Part shown: positions 12,850 to 26,429 of the stretch, piece after piece
How the letters are laid out: each line of letters begins with the position of its first letter
Position numbering within the stretch: the stretch's first letter is position 1
Assembly: GCF_001194135.2 (NCBI RefSeq)
Contig: NC_068983.1
Location: 143,034,796 to 143,098,795 of the forward strand
DNA length: 64,000 bases
From: Octopus bimaculoides
Taxonomy: Eukaryota
Direction of reading: 5' to 3'
Program-made: the position numbers and the translations under genes
The notes under the pieces: model-generated
Told to the model about the DNA's origin: nothing
The model's input: only the letters and a program-made list of their open reading frames with translations
The model's database searches: none

Positions 12850-13545
12850 TTCAACTATAACTACAGCCACATTTCCATTAAGTTACCATAGCTACATTTC
12901 TCTCATTTCGTCAACTGCAACTATAGTAATAGATACCATGGTAACACACCACTTATGACCTCTACTGTCGCTATAACAACACTCCCCTTAGTTCTCTACA
13001 TATAGTTACCACAGTAACACTCCTTATTATCCAATACTGTAACTATAGTGTTACTCTTCATGTGTCCTTTACTTACAGTTGCCATAATTACACCTCTCTT
13101 ATAAAGTTGTAAACTCTTAAACACATTGAAAAGGATATCACCGGAGGAACAGAGTTTGACAATATGGTCTTAACTTCCCAACTGATTTCTAACTCTTTGC
13201 TTGTCATTTATTTTTTTACTTTCTCACTCCCTCTATGTTTCTGATGAAGGATTAACATCTGAAAAATTAAGACCCTTTCTTGTGCTTAACTTTTTCATGA
13301 GTATTGTGTTTAGGTAATATATTTAATGGTTACATGGATTTCTTCAGGATCAACCTTCCAACTCCATCTTTGAATCTACATTGGATTACTGCCCACATTA
13401 CTTTGGATATCCTTTCACTCCTCTTATAATCTTGACTGTAACCATAGTGATACATATCTCATGTTCCCTGTTGTTACTATAGTAACACACTTTGTATCTT
13501 TTCTATTGTTGCTGCCAATGCAATCTACTATTGTTACAATAGATA
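12850..13545. repeat. Degenerate minisatellite with palindromic GTTACYATAGTAAC-type core, interrupted by an insertion
   Basis: The core recurs every ~15-40 bp at 12882, 12917, 12932, 12967, 13005, 13039, 13078, and again at 13438 and 13473. Confidence 0.6.
13105..13420 (+). mobile_element. Penelope-like fragment with hammerhead-like core
   Basis: Flanked by 9-bp direct repeat ctcttataa (13096-13104, 13421-13429). Contains CTGATGA-aggattaacatct-GAAA at 13241-13264. Confidence 0.5.
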
Positions 13546-13579
13546 GTTGTATATTACTATTGTAATATTTAACTGTCTA

Positions 13580-13963
13580 GGTATTTCGTCTGTCTTTATG
13601 TCCAGAGTTCAAATTCTGCCAAGGTTGACTTTGTCTTTCATCCTTTCAGGGTGGATAAATTAAGTACCAGTTGCATACTGGGTTGATCTAATTGACTGGC
13701 CCCGCCTCTCCCAAAATTTTGGGCCTTGTGCCCAGAGTAGAAGAGAATATTTAACTGTCTATAAAGATGGCAAGCTGGCAGAATCATTAGCACACCAAGC
13801 AAAATGCATCCATCTGAGTTCTGAGTTCAAATTCCGCTGAGGCCGACTTTGTCTTTCATCCCTTTAAGAGTCAATAAAATAAGTAACTGTTGAGCATGGA
13901 GGTTGATGTAATCAACTTATCCCCACCCACAAAATTGCTGGCCTTGTGCCAAAATTTGAAACC
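13580..13963 (+). mobile_element. Two family-C SINEs of different subfamilies in tandem
   Basis: Copy 1 13580-13745 (5'-truncated, tail cccagagtagaagag) and copy 2 13765-13963 (tail ccaaaatttgaaacc). aatatttaactgtcta occurs at 13564, 13746 and 13964. Confidence 0.85.
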
Positions 13964-14729
13964 AATATTTAACTGTCTATAATTAATGGGTGGTTTAATC
14001 AGTACTATTAATGTCGTATGTAGAGAGAAAATCAGGGCTGTGGTTATCATGCCTTTCCCAAATATGTTAGCAATATAAAGGAAGCGGAATAGCTACTTGA
14101 GAGATACTCTATCTTACTGACCCCAGGAGGGATGAAAGTAAACGTTAACAAGATTTGAACCCCAGATGTAAAGAGCCATGATACTGCAAAAATATTTTCT
14201 CTGAGACTCTAAGAATTCAGTTAAATGGTTTTGTTTATTTTGTGATGAATGCATATTCAGAAATACAATAGTCTTATTACTCAGGCAGCAGAAAAACCTG
14301 TGGGAATGTACATCAAAATCAATATAAAGATGACAAAGCACAGACATTGTCTTAGGTTGTCAAAAATTTTACTTACACAAAATAATTGGATGATTATATT
14401 ATACATCTAATTAAAAAAGATGTAATTTAGAAGAAACATCAACATAGATAGGATAACCTACCTACACACAGGTGAGAAGCTACTACCTGAGTTGTAGGTC
14501 TCACCTATGTTTGTGAATGAGTTACTGTATTTGTATTCTTGTTTCCAAGGTTGGATGAAGGCTTCCCGTAACTATTACCATATTTTTCTCCAATTTATGT
14601 GATAGTATTCAAAATGGTTTGTTAAGGCAAATGTTTGCAAACAGTATGTATATCAGAGTGGGTAGCAAGGAGTCCACATCCTTCTGATGGTTCATGTATG
14701 TCTAGTGTGTCTAGTGAACGTGCACATGC

Positions 14730-14760
<31 letters not shown>

Positions 14761-14900
14761 TCTATATACAACAGTTTCTATCTATCTACCAAATCTACCC
14801 ACAACGCTTTGGTCAACTCAAAGCTAAAGCAGAAGACACTTTCACAAGGTGCCATATAGTGGGACTGAACCTGAAACCATGTGGCTGGGAAGTGAACAAC

Positions 14901-14901
<1 letters not shown>

Positions 14902-14971
<70 letters not shown>

Positions 14972-15026
14972 AAGAAGAAGAACAACAACAACAACAACAA
15001 CAATAACAACCACAACAACAATAATA
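14902..15026. repeat. Compound trinucleotide microsatellite (AAT)n(AAG)n(AAC)n
   Basis: Directly visible. Confidence 0.95.
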
Positions 15027-15789
15027 TATTCTGAAGATTTATGACTGTCTTTGTGTCCAACAACCTTTATTTCATTCTCAATAACAGAACAGTTTCCTCG
15101 CTTCTCTACTTATCTTTATTTTTTTTCTGTAAACATCCACCCCCAGCCATACATAATGACCAGAATGTCTATTGTTAAGGTGCATGCAGTCAAAAGAATC
15201 TTATTTTTAAACTATAACATTCATACACACCCAAGTTTCTTCCTCCTTCCTTCTCTACACTCTATATTACTATCTAAAAATGTTAAAGGATTCAAGAAGC
15301 TGTGTTGTATATAAATTACTTCATTATGTATTCTTTTTTGTGCAATTTTTTTTTTTTTTTTCATATATTCACACTCCTACCACCATTATTATCCTTTTTG
15401 CCATCGCCTCTGCCAGCATCACCACCGCCACCAACCACCATCCTCCTCCTCCTCCTCCTCCTCCTCATCATCATCATCATCATTACCACCATTACCAGCC
15501 TTACTATTGTTGTCATCCCCTTCAATGTGAGAGGATTCCAAACTTATTTTCATGAATTTCAGGTGTGTACAATATGTATACCTATATATACTTGTGCATG
15601 TATAATGTATGTGTGTATATATCATATTTTATGTATGTATGCATGTTGTATTCATTGTCTTAGTGTTTATTTGTTCTTCTTACTATTCATGTTTTTGCTA
15701 TAGATCCTTAGTTTCAGCTGGTTAGCTGTGGCCATGTTGGAGCACCAATAAAATATTAAATTCTTTTTCTATGAACTGAACAAAAGCTC

Positions 15790-16132
15790 CTTGAAAAGCA
15801 TGTGAAAAGCTCCTTTCGAGTGTTGGGCCCCATGGAGGCAATGACCAAGACCTTTGGCATTATACTGTGCTTGAGAAGAAAACCCATCAAGCCTAGTAAA
15901 ATCACAGTTGTGGCAGACATCGGTGTCACGCAAATAGCACATGTGCCGGTGGCATGTAAGAGCACCCATTACACTCTCGGAGTGGTTGGCGTTAGGAAGG
16001 ACATCCAGCTATAGAAACCATGCCAAATCAGACTGGAGTCTGGTGTAGCCTTCCAGCTTGTCAGTCCTGGTCACACTGTCCAACCCACGGCAGTATGGAT
16101 AATGGATGCTAAATGATGATGATGATGATGAT
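15790..16132 (+). mobile_element. RTE LINE 3' end with (GAT)n tail
   Basis: ggaggcaatgaccaagacctttggc..cactctcggagtggttggcgttaggaagg..gatgctaaatgatgatgatg; same family as 9650-9935. Confidence 0.8.
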
Positions 16133-16459
16133 GGACAACTATTTCTTAATCATTTTCTGCTCTGTTGCAATCATCTGCCTGTCTTCATTACTATCATCCT
16201 CCATTTAATGATTAGTTGTTGTTGTTGCTGTTTAGCTTCAGAGTAGCTTTGACTGAACAGACTTATGACCAAAGGCACTCCAGCTATGACCATCCTCTAT
16301 GACCAGAGCCGGTGCAAGGTTTCCATGCAGACTGAGACTTAAATTCCTTACCAAATTTGGTTATATTCTGTACCATCCAATCTCCTCTCCATCATCTTAC
16401 CTATCAACAAGTTTTCCTGCCTACACCCATTAATCTATCTTATTAATTCATCTGTAAGA

Positions 16460-16700
16460 TATATTGTCATCATCATCAGCATCGGCTTTTTCATGCTTGC
16501 ATGGGTCAGACAGAGTTTATTTGTGGCAGGTTCTCTACATCCAGATACCCCTCCTATTGACAACACTTGTTTCCAGGCAAGATAATATTTCCCTATAGCC
16601 AGATACGTTGTTGCAGAATATTGGAAATAAACGGCTCTACTTGTATGACAGAGACTCTCATTTATAACTATCACGTGTTGTCATGACAAGGAGCATAAAC
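16460..16700 (-). mobile_element. RTE-tailed SINE-like element (related copy at 51225-51465)
   Basis: catcatc..tttcatgcttgcatggg..acctgtttcc..ttggaaa..cttgtatgacag..ctcatttacaactatca is shared by both copies. Confidence 0.65.
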
Positions 16701-16716
16701 ACTCTCATCATCACTC

Positions 16717-16792
<76 letters not shown>

Positions 16793-17164
16793 GATGGGCT
16801 TCTTTTAGTTTCTGTCTACCAAATCTACTCACAGGGCTTTGGTTGGTCTGGAGTTATAGTAAAAAGGTGTCACACAGGGGAGCATTGTATGTAAATCTGA
16901 TTTATTGTAAAGTTCAAGAACACAATTTGAAACACTATTACACAGTAACAAATTTTTATCATCCTTCATTCTTCCTTTTCTGACTTATCTTGGCCTGGTT
17001 ATCAAATTCAATTGCACTGAAGAAGTTACAATGATCTGTGTGCTACAATTTACACTAAAAGAATTAGCTAAAAGCTAGCAATCACTGCAACACAAAGTAC
17101 AAAGGAACTTAAAAGAAATTTAATAGGACAATTGGTGACCTTGACTCACTCATTTGCTAAAAGA

Positions 17165-17480
17165 AAGTATTTTCCCTTGCCTTTACCTTTGAAATGTTTT
17201 AATAAGTTCCTTTAAATTCATGTATTTGTTCTTCAACAGAAATTGTAGCCATCTCAGAGCTAGTTTGTACTTGCTGTTAATTGTAAGTAGTTTTTGGTGA
17301 GTTTAAGTTTAGAAAATCTCCTTTTCTAGTGACTTGCAATAAGTTTGATGGAGTGAAAAGAACTCTTAATGCAATGATATATGGTACAGAATTTTCTAGT
17401 TCATTGGGAAAAAACATTAATTCTATAACATTGGAGAACTCTCAGCTATAATTTTCCTGCCACTAACTTTCAACTCATTT
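17165..17480 (-). mobile_element. Decayed hAT transposase C-terminal dimerisation region
   Basis: Minus translation IIALRVLF / RRFSKLKLTKNYL / MATISVE / KAR matches the hAT pattern IALRILLT..ERSFSKLKLIKNYLR..LAILSIE..KARK, with frameshifts. Confidence 0.65.
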
Positions 17481-19358
17481 AACAACTCCAATACAACTAC
17501 GTTCATATCAGAATATTAAGATGCTTGAACATTTTTGACAATGTTCAAGGGTGGAGGCTGTATAGAGTACTGGTTACTGAATGTGGATGAAACCTGTGGA
17601 AGAGGGAAACTTAGGGTCTCCCTCCTTTACAGGAAGCTATAAGAACTAGATCACCAGCATGCAGGAGTTCCCATGGAAAGCCATTCTTAAACTCCTCTTG
17701 ATGCCTCGTAGAACTATGATGTATAGGAGAGGAGTGAAGACACCTACCTTCACTCTAAATTTGTTGTTGAACTCATTGTTGACTTTCACACACACACTGT
17801 ATTATATCAAAGCAAACACTGGAGCACAATGCCGTCCTTGGGTCCAACAGATCCTATCAAACTGCCCAACCCATGTCAGCTTAGAAGGCAGACATTAAAA
17901 GAGGATGAGGATATGTTATTTAAATGAACTTTTTTCTACCTCTGTTGGTTTCAGAGGTTTTTTTCCAATTCTGTGTATGCACATGTGTGAATGCATGTAT
18001 GTGTGTGTGCATGTGTATGTGTTCACACACAGCGTGTGTGTGGGAGTAGAACCTATGTATCTAGCAGAGGTAGAAAAAAAAATTCATTTGAATAAGTAAT
18101 ACAAGATGCATTTCCTTTTCTAGATAAGAGAAACATTTCTTAATTTACTTTCTTTCAACATATCATACATAACAATATCTATTAAAAAATTACTTTCTTT
18201 TTTTTGTAAGAACCACTAAAATGTTTGCTATTTCCACATTTCTTAGTCACAAATGTTTCTTGCTTTTCTCTTGACTTCCTTTTAAATTGTTTTCTTCATC
18301 ATTGTTGTTTATTTAGGGCAGTGGATCAGCAGAATTGGTAAAGCACAGACAAAATGCTTTATGGTACTTAGTTAAGTCTTTTTATGTTTTGAGTTCATAT
18401 CCCACCAGTATCAACTTTGCCTCCCATCCTCCTATGCTTGATAAAATAAATACCAGTCAAATAGAGATCTAGGGATCAAATTGAATCTTTCGTCCTTGAA
18501 AAAGTGTGACCCTGTGCTTATGTCAGAAATCATATTAAAGAAGAAAACAAAAGACAGTAAATGCAGGGTCATCTTAGTAGAATCATAAATCCCTTAGCAA
18601 ATCAATGCATTGGGTCCAACAGTATTTAGTTAGACCTCTAGTTAACTGCCCAGTGTGCTCATGTCTCAAGATGGCCCTGGGTGAATGTCAAATTTGCTGA
18701 AGTGCCAGACAAAATATCTTACAATGTTTAGTCGCTTCTCTTTACAGTCAGAATTCTAATTCCATCAATGTCAACATTATTTAAAGGATTGATAAAACAA
18801 GTACCACTAATATACTGGAGTCAATCTAAGTGGCAATGGATTGCCAGTATTGTTAGAGAGTCAGACTAAATTACTTTCCATATTTGTTCTGGCTCTTTAT
18901 ATTCTGAGTTCAAATCCTGTTAATATTAGTTTTGTCTTTTATTATTCCAGAGTTGATAAAATAAAGTATCAATCCAGGGTGGTGCATTAGAGATGGTATT
19001 TTGTGGTATTTGTTCTAACAATTTATGTTATGAGTTCTTTTGTGATGAAACTGGTGTCAAACTGTATTATACTTTGCCATTGATGGCATTGAGAAAGCAG
19101 AATTGCTGCATGGGTAACTGTTGGTCCTCATCAAAGACATCTTGCTCTTGACTCTGAAGAGGAACTTTTCAGGTGCAGACATATATGGTCAACCTGAGCA
19201 ACAGAACTCCAACTGTGATGGGATTTGAGTTCCAAGACCATGGAATGTATGCACAAATAAACATTAAGTCCATATTTACAGTACATGCCTATGCACAAAA
19301 GCACTTCCTTTTCTCTCCTCCCCTCCTCTCTCTCTATCTATCTATTTCTGTATTTATC

Positions 19359-19459
<101 letters not shown>

Positions 19460-20692
19460 GAATCAGTGAAAAGCCTTTGTGTTATTTAGTTATAACCCTT
19501 TATGTTGGTTTTTACCTTTCATTCTTCCAAAATGGATAAGGTAAATATCAGTAATGTACTGAGGTTAGTTAGTATAATAAACTAAGCCCTTTCTTTCAAA
19601 TATTTGTGCCTTTCTGAGAATTTGTCGTTTAGTTATTTATTATTTTTTTCTCTGATTGGAAGTTGTCTGTTGTCAATATTTGACTAATTCTTGCTTCCTT
19701 CCTTTTAACAAGTATATTTCTTGTAAACGTATGTTATCAATCCATTCCTATGTTGTCTATATTTACATCGTTGCCACCACCACCACCACCACCACCATAA
19801 ACCATCATCTTCCATCCTACTTCACCATTTTTGTCACCATTACCACCACTGCTATATGAACCATCATCATTATTAAGTATCATTAAAAAATTCAACATCA
19901 ATAATGATGATGATGATGATGATGATAACGATTTTTAAGACAGCCACAAGATCACAAGTAGCTTGTATGGATTTAATAAGAACAACCAGCAGCAACAGCC
20001 TAGAACAACTCAACTCGGGTCTCAGTAATTTGATAGGAAGGTGTTGATCATCCATGGTAGAGCAGAGATGTGAAGGATATAACAGACTTACTGAGAGAAA
20101 CACTGTCACAGCTCACATATATCAGTGCAGTCAGCTGGGATAATGTTTTTACTGCCCCACCCCTCATGATGGTTACTTAGTACTGTTTATAACATGGGTC
20201 AATTTTTTTTGTTCATTTTCATTTAGGTTTAGGGTCAGTGAAACATGTGCCTTTTATGTTGTGCATCATGGATTCTTAACTGATAAGAAACTGTTTTGAT
20301 TTTTTTATCTCAAAATATTTATGTATTGGTTCTAAATGGTTTTGTTGTGCCTTGGGAGGTCATTACACCAATAATATACACACACCAGTTCAATTCCACT
20401 TTATCGTTAATATCTATCTAACTAATCAGTTGTTTGTTTAACTTGTTGGTTAAACAGTCAATTGTTTCTATTTTAATTATTTTTTTGTTTGTCAAAGTTC
20501 TTTTGTTGCCATTCACAACCTTTTCTCCCTTCAAAGGCCGTCTTTGTGGTTGAGAACCACTGGCATAGAGGTTGTCTCACTGGTTGTGATGGGCGACAAT
20601 ATTTACTTGCAGAAAACAAACAAGCAAAAATTTAAAGGCTCTCAATATTCTTAAAAGAAGGTTTCAAGGGGAATTAAAGAACAGTAGATATT

Positions 20693-20900
20693 CTTTTCTA
20701 CTCTAAGCACAAAGCCTGAAATTTTTGGGGAGGAGGAGCCAGTTGATTAGATTGACCCCAGTTCGCAACTGGTACTTAATTTATCGACCCTGAAAGAATG
20801 AAAGACAAAGTCGACCTCAGTGGAGAACAGTAGATATTACACCAATAATGTAGTGGGGAAGTGAATCCCAAAACCCCGCTCTTAAGTGTCGTGTGACAGC

Positions 20901-20957
<57 letters not shown>

Positions 20958-21362
20958 CAAGGCCAGCAAATTTGGGGGTAAGTCGATTACATTGATCCCA
21001 GTTCTCAACTTACTTTATCAACCACAAAAGGATAAAAGGCAAAGTTGACCTTGGTGGAATTTGAACACAGAATGTTAAGACAGATGAAATACCACTAAGC
21101 ATCTGCCCTGGTGTCCTAATGATTCTGCCAGTTTGCTCTCTTACTTCTACTAATAATAATAATGGTTTCAAAGTTTGGTACAAGGCCAGCAATTTTGGGG
21201 GAGGGTTACATCAATTTCTTTGACCCCAGTACTCAACTAGAACTTATTTAATCAAACCTGAAAGCATGAAAGGCAAAGATGACCCTAGCAGCATTTGAAC
21301 TCAAAATGTAATAATGAACAAAAATGTGTGGCTTGCTAACGATTCTGCCAATTCACTGCCTT
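20693..21362 (-). mobile_element. Cluster of three family-C SINEs
   Basis: 20693-20823 is 5'-truncated with 15-bp TSD agaacagtagatatt (20678, 20824). Two more copies lie at ~20955-21145 and ~21163-21362. Confidence 0.8.
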
Positions 21363-23143
21363 AATAATATGAATGATTTTTACCATCAGCTCAGGATCAC
21401 ACATTTGTAGGGAAGAAATAGTGTCTGTTGTATTGACCACAAAACATTACTGGGATTGGTTTTATAAATCGAAGTATGATAAATGCCAAAATCAGCTTCA
21501 GTGAATTTAAAATAGGAACATAGGAATATGGAACTAAATACCACATGAGGATTAAGTTTTGCACATTACTCTGTGAATATTGTCATTATTCTTATAATGA
21601 CAATAGCAGTCTGAGATGTTTAGTATGAGGAAAATGTGTTTTATTTCCTTAATACATTTGAAATACATATGTAGAGTTCCATTACTTAATATGTTTAAAT
21701 ATGTACCATTCTAGTTATTTAATGTGTCTAAACTATGTACTGTTTTAAAAACTTTACTTGTGTAATATGTGAAAGATTTCACTTTTTTAAAAAATTGTTT
21801 AGGCTGAAGAGAAAGTGGGAGAGTGTGTCTATTATCTTCCCCAGATCTTCTTAGATTGTAAATAGTGGGACAATCTGATGAGGCTAGTATGTTGAATGTC
21901 CAATTTAATCTCTTGCTGGTCAATAATTAAGAGAAAGATTAACAGAGCATCCACAAAGATAGAATATAATTGTATTAGTTTAAGCTACCTTGTGTGATGA
22001 AAGACGTTTGGCTGTATCACACATTTTACTTCTAAAACATGTGCAGGCTCAGTGTGTGAATGAATACAATTTTTGTTTTCTCTTTTGAAGCTGATGTATT
22101 CCATGTAAAGCAAAGATGTAAAAATACAATGGCTGTTTTGCTGTGACCCCTTTGTTGAAATGTGCCGTTGTATGAATCATAATGAAAATATAGCTGAGGT
22201 AGAGATAGCGATAGCAGAGATAAGCAAAGCAAATGATCCTCTATTCTTTTTATTTTAAAAAGATTTCAAGTAATCCACATGGTTTTGGGTGAATAAAATG
22301 TAGCTAAATTATCATTACAAAAAGAAAAGAAGAAATATAAAAATAAAACAACAACAACAAAATCTCCTGAAACCAATAATTTAAACTTAAGGCCTCCCAA
22401 GTTGTGATGTTTTTCTCTTGTATTTTTAATGATTCAGTTGGGGGTAAAATGTATAAGGAACAAATAAAGAAAAGACAGAAAAAAAATGAACACAACAAAC
22501 AAGCAAGCTAGAGGCAAATGCTTATTATTTCTTCTTTTGTATAGTCTAAACATAAAAAAAAAATGAGATCTATTTTTCATTTACAGAAACCATTTAAAAG
22601 ATGAGATGAAAACATAGCAGAAGGAATCTATATGACTATATGTTCCAGTTGGTGGGTTTATGATATAAGAAAAGTTATAACCTATACAAGATGACCCTTT
22701 TTTCTTTGCCTTTTAACATTCTGTTAAAGCTATTAGTAATTTGGTTTAAAGTAGTATATGAGTGAGATGACTTCCATAAAATATATTTCTGTGGCTGATT
22801 TGAAATAAAATTACTAAATTTATGGAGAATGGTGGTGGTCTGCATAAGCAAAATTCAATATTGTATAAGTAAAGACAGAGGAAGTGTAGTAAAGCAATAT
22901 GGTCCAATCATTTGATATATCTTTTTTCCACAATGGCCTAATATTATCTTAACAGATAAACTGGTGTGCGAGCCTCTGTGTGGTCACTTAACCTGCTAGA
23001 AATAGCAGCTACATCTTTCTCAAATCATACCCTGCTGCAGTAATTCTTAGATGGTGCACCATGGCACACTGAGGTACTGAAAGGAGTATTTAGGTGCACC
23101 ACAGATTTCTAAAAATATAATTTAGGCTTCAAGAAGTCCATAT

Positions 23144-23358
23144 TAACCTTTTTGATACCCACCTGCATGAGACCACTCCTGGTTCTATGACATAAATTTA
23201 CTATTTTAAAGTGATCTGATTAAAAATGTTCATCAAAATTTTGTTAATGTGTTCTAGATTAATAATGGCAAATTATTTTACTAAACTTTTCATTATTTAA
23301 AAAATTAATTGAGACAATAGTTTTTTTTTATTGAAATATAAGAACAAAAGGGTTATAC
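23144..23358. mobile_element. piggyBac-type MITE, decayed (related copy ~27811-28020)
   Basis: ttaa-cctttttgata..aacaaaaggg-ttat termini; internal similarity to 27811-28020. Confidence 0.55.
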
Positions 23359-23403
23359 TGCCTAAGCCTTTTGAAAATAACGTTAATCATAATGTTATAC
23401 ATA

Positions 23404-23705
23404 GGCTGACCAAAGCCTTGTGAGTGGATTTGGTAGACGAAAACTGAAAGAGGCCCATCATATATATGTATATATATATGTGTGTGTGTGTGTGTGTATG
23501 TGTGTGTATATGTTTGTGTGTATATGTTTGTGTGTCTGTGTTTGTCCCCACCAACATCACTTGACAACCGATGCTGGTGTGTTTACATCCCTGTAACTTA
23601 GCAGTTCGGCAAAAGAGACTGATAGAATAATTCCTGGGGTCGATTTGCTTGACTAAAGGCAGTGCTCCAGCATGACCACAGTCAAATGACTGAAACAAGT
23701 AGAGG
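23404..23705 (+). mobile_element. Family-B SINE, 5'-truncated
   Basis: ctgaccaaagccttgtgagtggatttggtagacg..caaatgactgaaacaagtagag. Confidence 0.85.
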
Positions 23706-23920
23706 AATAAAATAAATCTGATTGATAAAACAAGGTAAACAATAGTTTTCTATACTTTTTCCTGAATATTTAACATTAAAACAATTTAACTTTCCATACA
23801 AAATGTACCAGATTCCTTTTAGTCAATCTCCTATATACCAAAAAGTTGAAAGGGTTGAGAACTTTTCATTTCCATCTTAAAAAATGGAAGGCATATTAGA
23901 AATATGGCACTAGGAGGTAT

Positions 23921-24710
23921 TTGTGGCTGGCACTCAGTCACTTACGACGTCGAGGGTTCCAGTTGATCCAATCAACTGAACAGCCTGCTCGTGAAATTAT
24001 GTGGCGATGTGATTATGAAGTTTACTTCACAATTACATGTTTATGAGTTCAATCTCATCACACAGCACTTCCTACTATAGCCTCAGATTCACCCCTACTC
24101 CTATTTCTAGCCATCTTTCACTCCCCACTCCCACTTTTGTAACCTCTACGTACCCATCCTTCCTGATCTTCTGACCCCATGCTCACATCTAATCCTCATA
24201 CCTTGAAGGTACTCTAACACCCGTATCATCACTATCTTTATCTCTCTTTCCAGCTTCACCCCATTTATTCCCACCAATGTTCATATGATGGGAAATAGAT
24301 AAAAAAACATAATTATATTCTCAAATGTTGGCACTCCGTCGCGTACGACGTCAAGGGTTCCAGTTGATCCAATCAACGGAACAGCCTGCTCGTGAAATTA
24401 ATGTGCAAGTCGCTGAGCACTCCACAGACACGTGTACCCTTAACGTAGTTCTCGGGGATATTCAGCGTGGCACAGTGTGACAAGGCTGACCCTTTGAATT
24501 ACAGGCACAACAGAAACAGGAAGTAAGAGTGAGAGAAAGTTGTGGCGGAAGAGTACAGCAGGGTTCGCCACCATCCCCTGCCGGAGCCTCGTGGAGCTTT
24601 AGATATTTTCACTCAATAAACACTCTCAACACCCGGTCTGGGAATCGAAACCGCAATCCCATGACCGCGAGTCCACTGCCCTAACCACTGGGCCATTGCA
24701 CCTCTACTAT
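23921..24710 (-). mobile_element. Family-E tRNA SINE carrying an internal tract copied from 32463-~32980
   Basis: 12-bp TSD actaggaggtat (23909-23920, 24711-24722). SINE 3' tip 23921-23999, captured flank 24002-24326, SINE body and head 24327-24704. Confidence 0.85.
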
Positions 24711-25084
24711 ACTAGGAGGTATAGTATGGCTTAAAAACAAAAAGACGAATGGATTGGCATGGCTGGAATGTCTTTTGGACATCCATAGGTCTGCTGGATC
24801 AGGACTGACCTGGGGTTGAATAGCAATAAAATATTTTTTGGCCATGTTTTGAAATTAAAAAAGAAAATTCTAGAGTCAAAAACAGAAACAATGTCATGAG
24901 TTAAGCTGTTGGTGAATCAAATTAGCAACTTGTTTGGATCCCTATTTCAAAATGTTTTAAGCTATGCTGCTAATGCCCCTGGGAAACACTTTGAACATTA
25001 CAACTTCTCACCTTAAAAATTTGAGACTACATGCCTTATACAATAAACAATACTATTAGTGTTATACAATAAACAATTAGCTAG

Positions 25085-25458
25085 CAGGCGCAGGAGTGGC
25101 TGTGTGGTAAGTAGCTTGCTTACCAACCACATGGTTCTGGGTTCAGTCCCACTGCATGGCACCATAGGCAAGTGTTTTCTTCTATAGCCTCGGGCCAACC
25201 AAAGCCTTGTGAGTGGATTTGGTAGATGGAAACTGAAAGAAGCCTGTCGTATATATGTATATATATATATGTGTGTGTGCGTATATGTTTGTGTGTCTGT
25301 ATTTGTTCCCCCAACTTCGCTCCACAACTGATGCTGGTGTGTTTACGTCCCTATAACTTAGCAGTTCGGCAAAAGAGACCGATAGAATAAGTACTAGGCT
25401 TCTAAAGAATAAGTCCTGGGGTCGATTTGCTCGACTAAAGGCGGTGCTCCACCATGGC
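25085..25458 (+). mobile_element. Family-B SINE, near full length, followed by (CCTT)n and a gap
   Basis: ggcgcaggagtggctgtgtggtaagtagc..gggttcagtccc..ggtgctccaccatggcc. Confidence 0.9.
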
Positions 25459-26386
25459 CTTCCTTCCTTCCTTCCTTCCTCCCTTCCTCCCTCCCTTCCT
25501 ACCTTCTTCCCTCCCTCCCTTCCTACCTTCTTCCCCCTCCCTTCCTTCCTTCCTTCCTTCCTCCCTCCCTNNNNNNNNNNNNNNNNNNNNNNNNNNNNNN
25601 NNNNNNNNNNNNNNNNNNNNNNNNNNNNNNNNNNNNNNNNNNNNNNNNNNNNNNNNNNNNNNNNNNNNNNNNNNNNNNNNNNNNNNNNNNNNNNNNNNNN
25701 NNNNNNNNNNNNNNNNNNNNNNNNNNNNNNNNNNNNNNNNNNNNNNNNNNNNNNNNNNNNNNNNNNNNNNNNNNNNNNNNNNNNNNNNNNNNNNNNNNNN
25801 NNNNNNNNNNNNNNNNNNNNNNNNNNNNNNNNNNNNNNNNNNNNNNNNNNNNNNNNNNNNNNNNNNNNNNNNNNNNNNNNNNNNNNNNNNNNNNNNNNNN
25901 NNNNNNNNNNNNNNNNNNNNNNNNNNNNNNNNNNNNNNNNNNNNNNNNNNNNNNNNNNNNNNNNNNNNNNNNNNNNNNNNNNNNNNNNNNNNNNNNNNNN
26001 NNNNNNNNNNNNNNNNNNNNNNNNNNNNNNNNNNNNNNNNNNNNNNNNNNNNNNNNNNNNNNNNNNNNNNNNNNNNNNNNNNNNNNNNNNNNNNNNNNNN
26101 NNNNNNNNNNNNNNNNNNNNNNNNNNNNNNNNNNNNNNNNNNNNNNNNNNNNNNNNNNNNNNNNNNNNNNNNNNNNNNNNNNNNNNNNNNNNNNNNNNNN
26201 NNNNNNNNNNNNNNNNNNNNNNNNNNNNNNNNNNNNNNNNNNNNNNNNNNNNNNNNNNNNNNNNNNNNNNNNNNNNNNNNNNNNNNNNNNNNNNNNNNNN
26301 NNNNNNNNNNNNNNNNNNNNNNNNNNNNNNNNNNNNNNNNTCCTTCCTTCCTTCCTTCCTTCCTTCCTTCCTTCCTTCCTTCCTTC

Positions 26387-26429
<43 letters not shown>

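Noticed and set aside
14478-14492. Minus-strand TCAGGTAGTAGCTT resembling let-7
   Set aside because: The seed is mismatched, the 3' half does not match, and the hairpin is too short for a pre-miRNA.
21995-22093. GTGATGA..CTGA pair resembling a C/D snoRNA
   Set aside because: No terminal stem and no recognisable rRNA guide.
24640-24704. tRNA-like sequences at SINE heads (also 33150-33213, 45688-45760, 53408-53465)
   Set aside because: No acceptor-stem closure; they continue into SINE bodies, so they are not tRNA genes.
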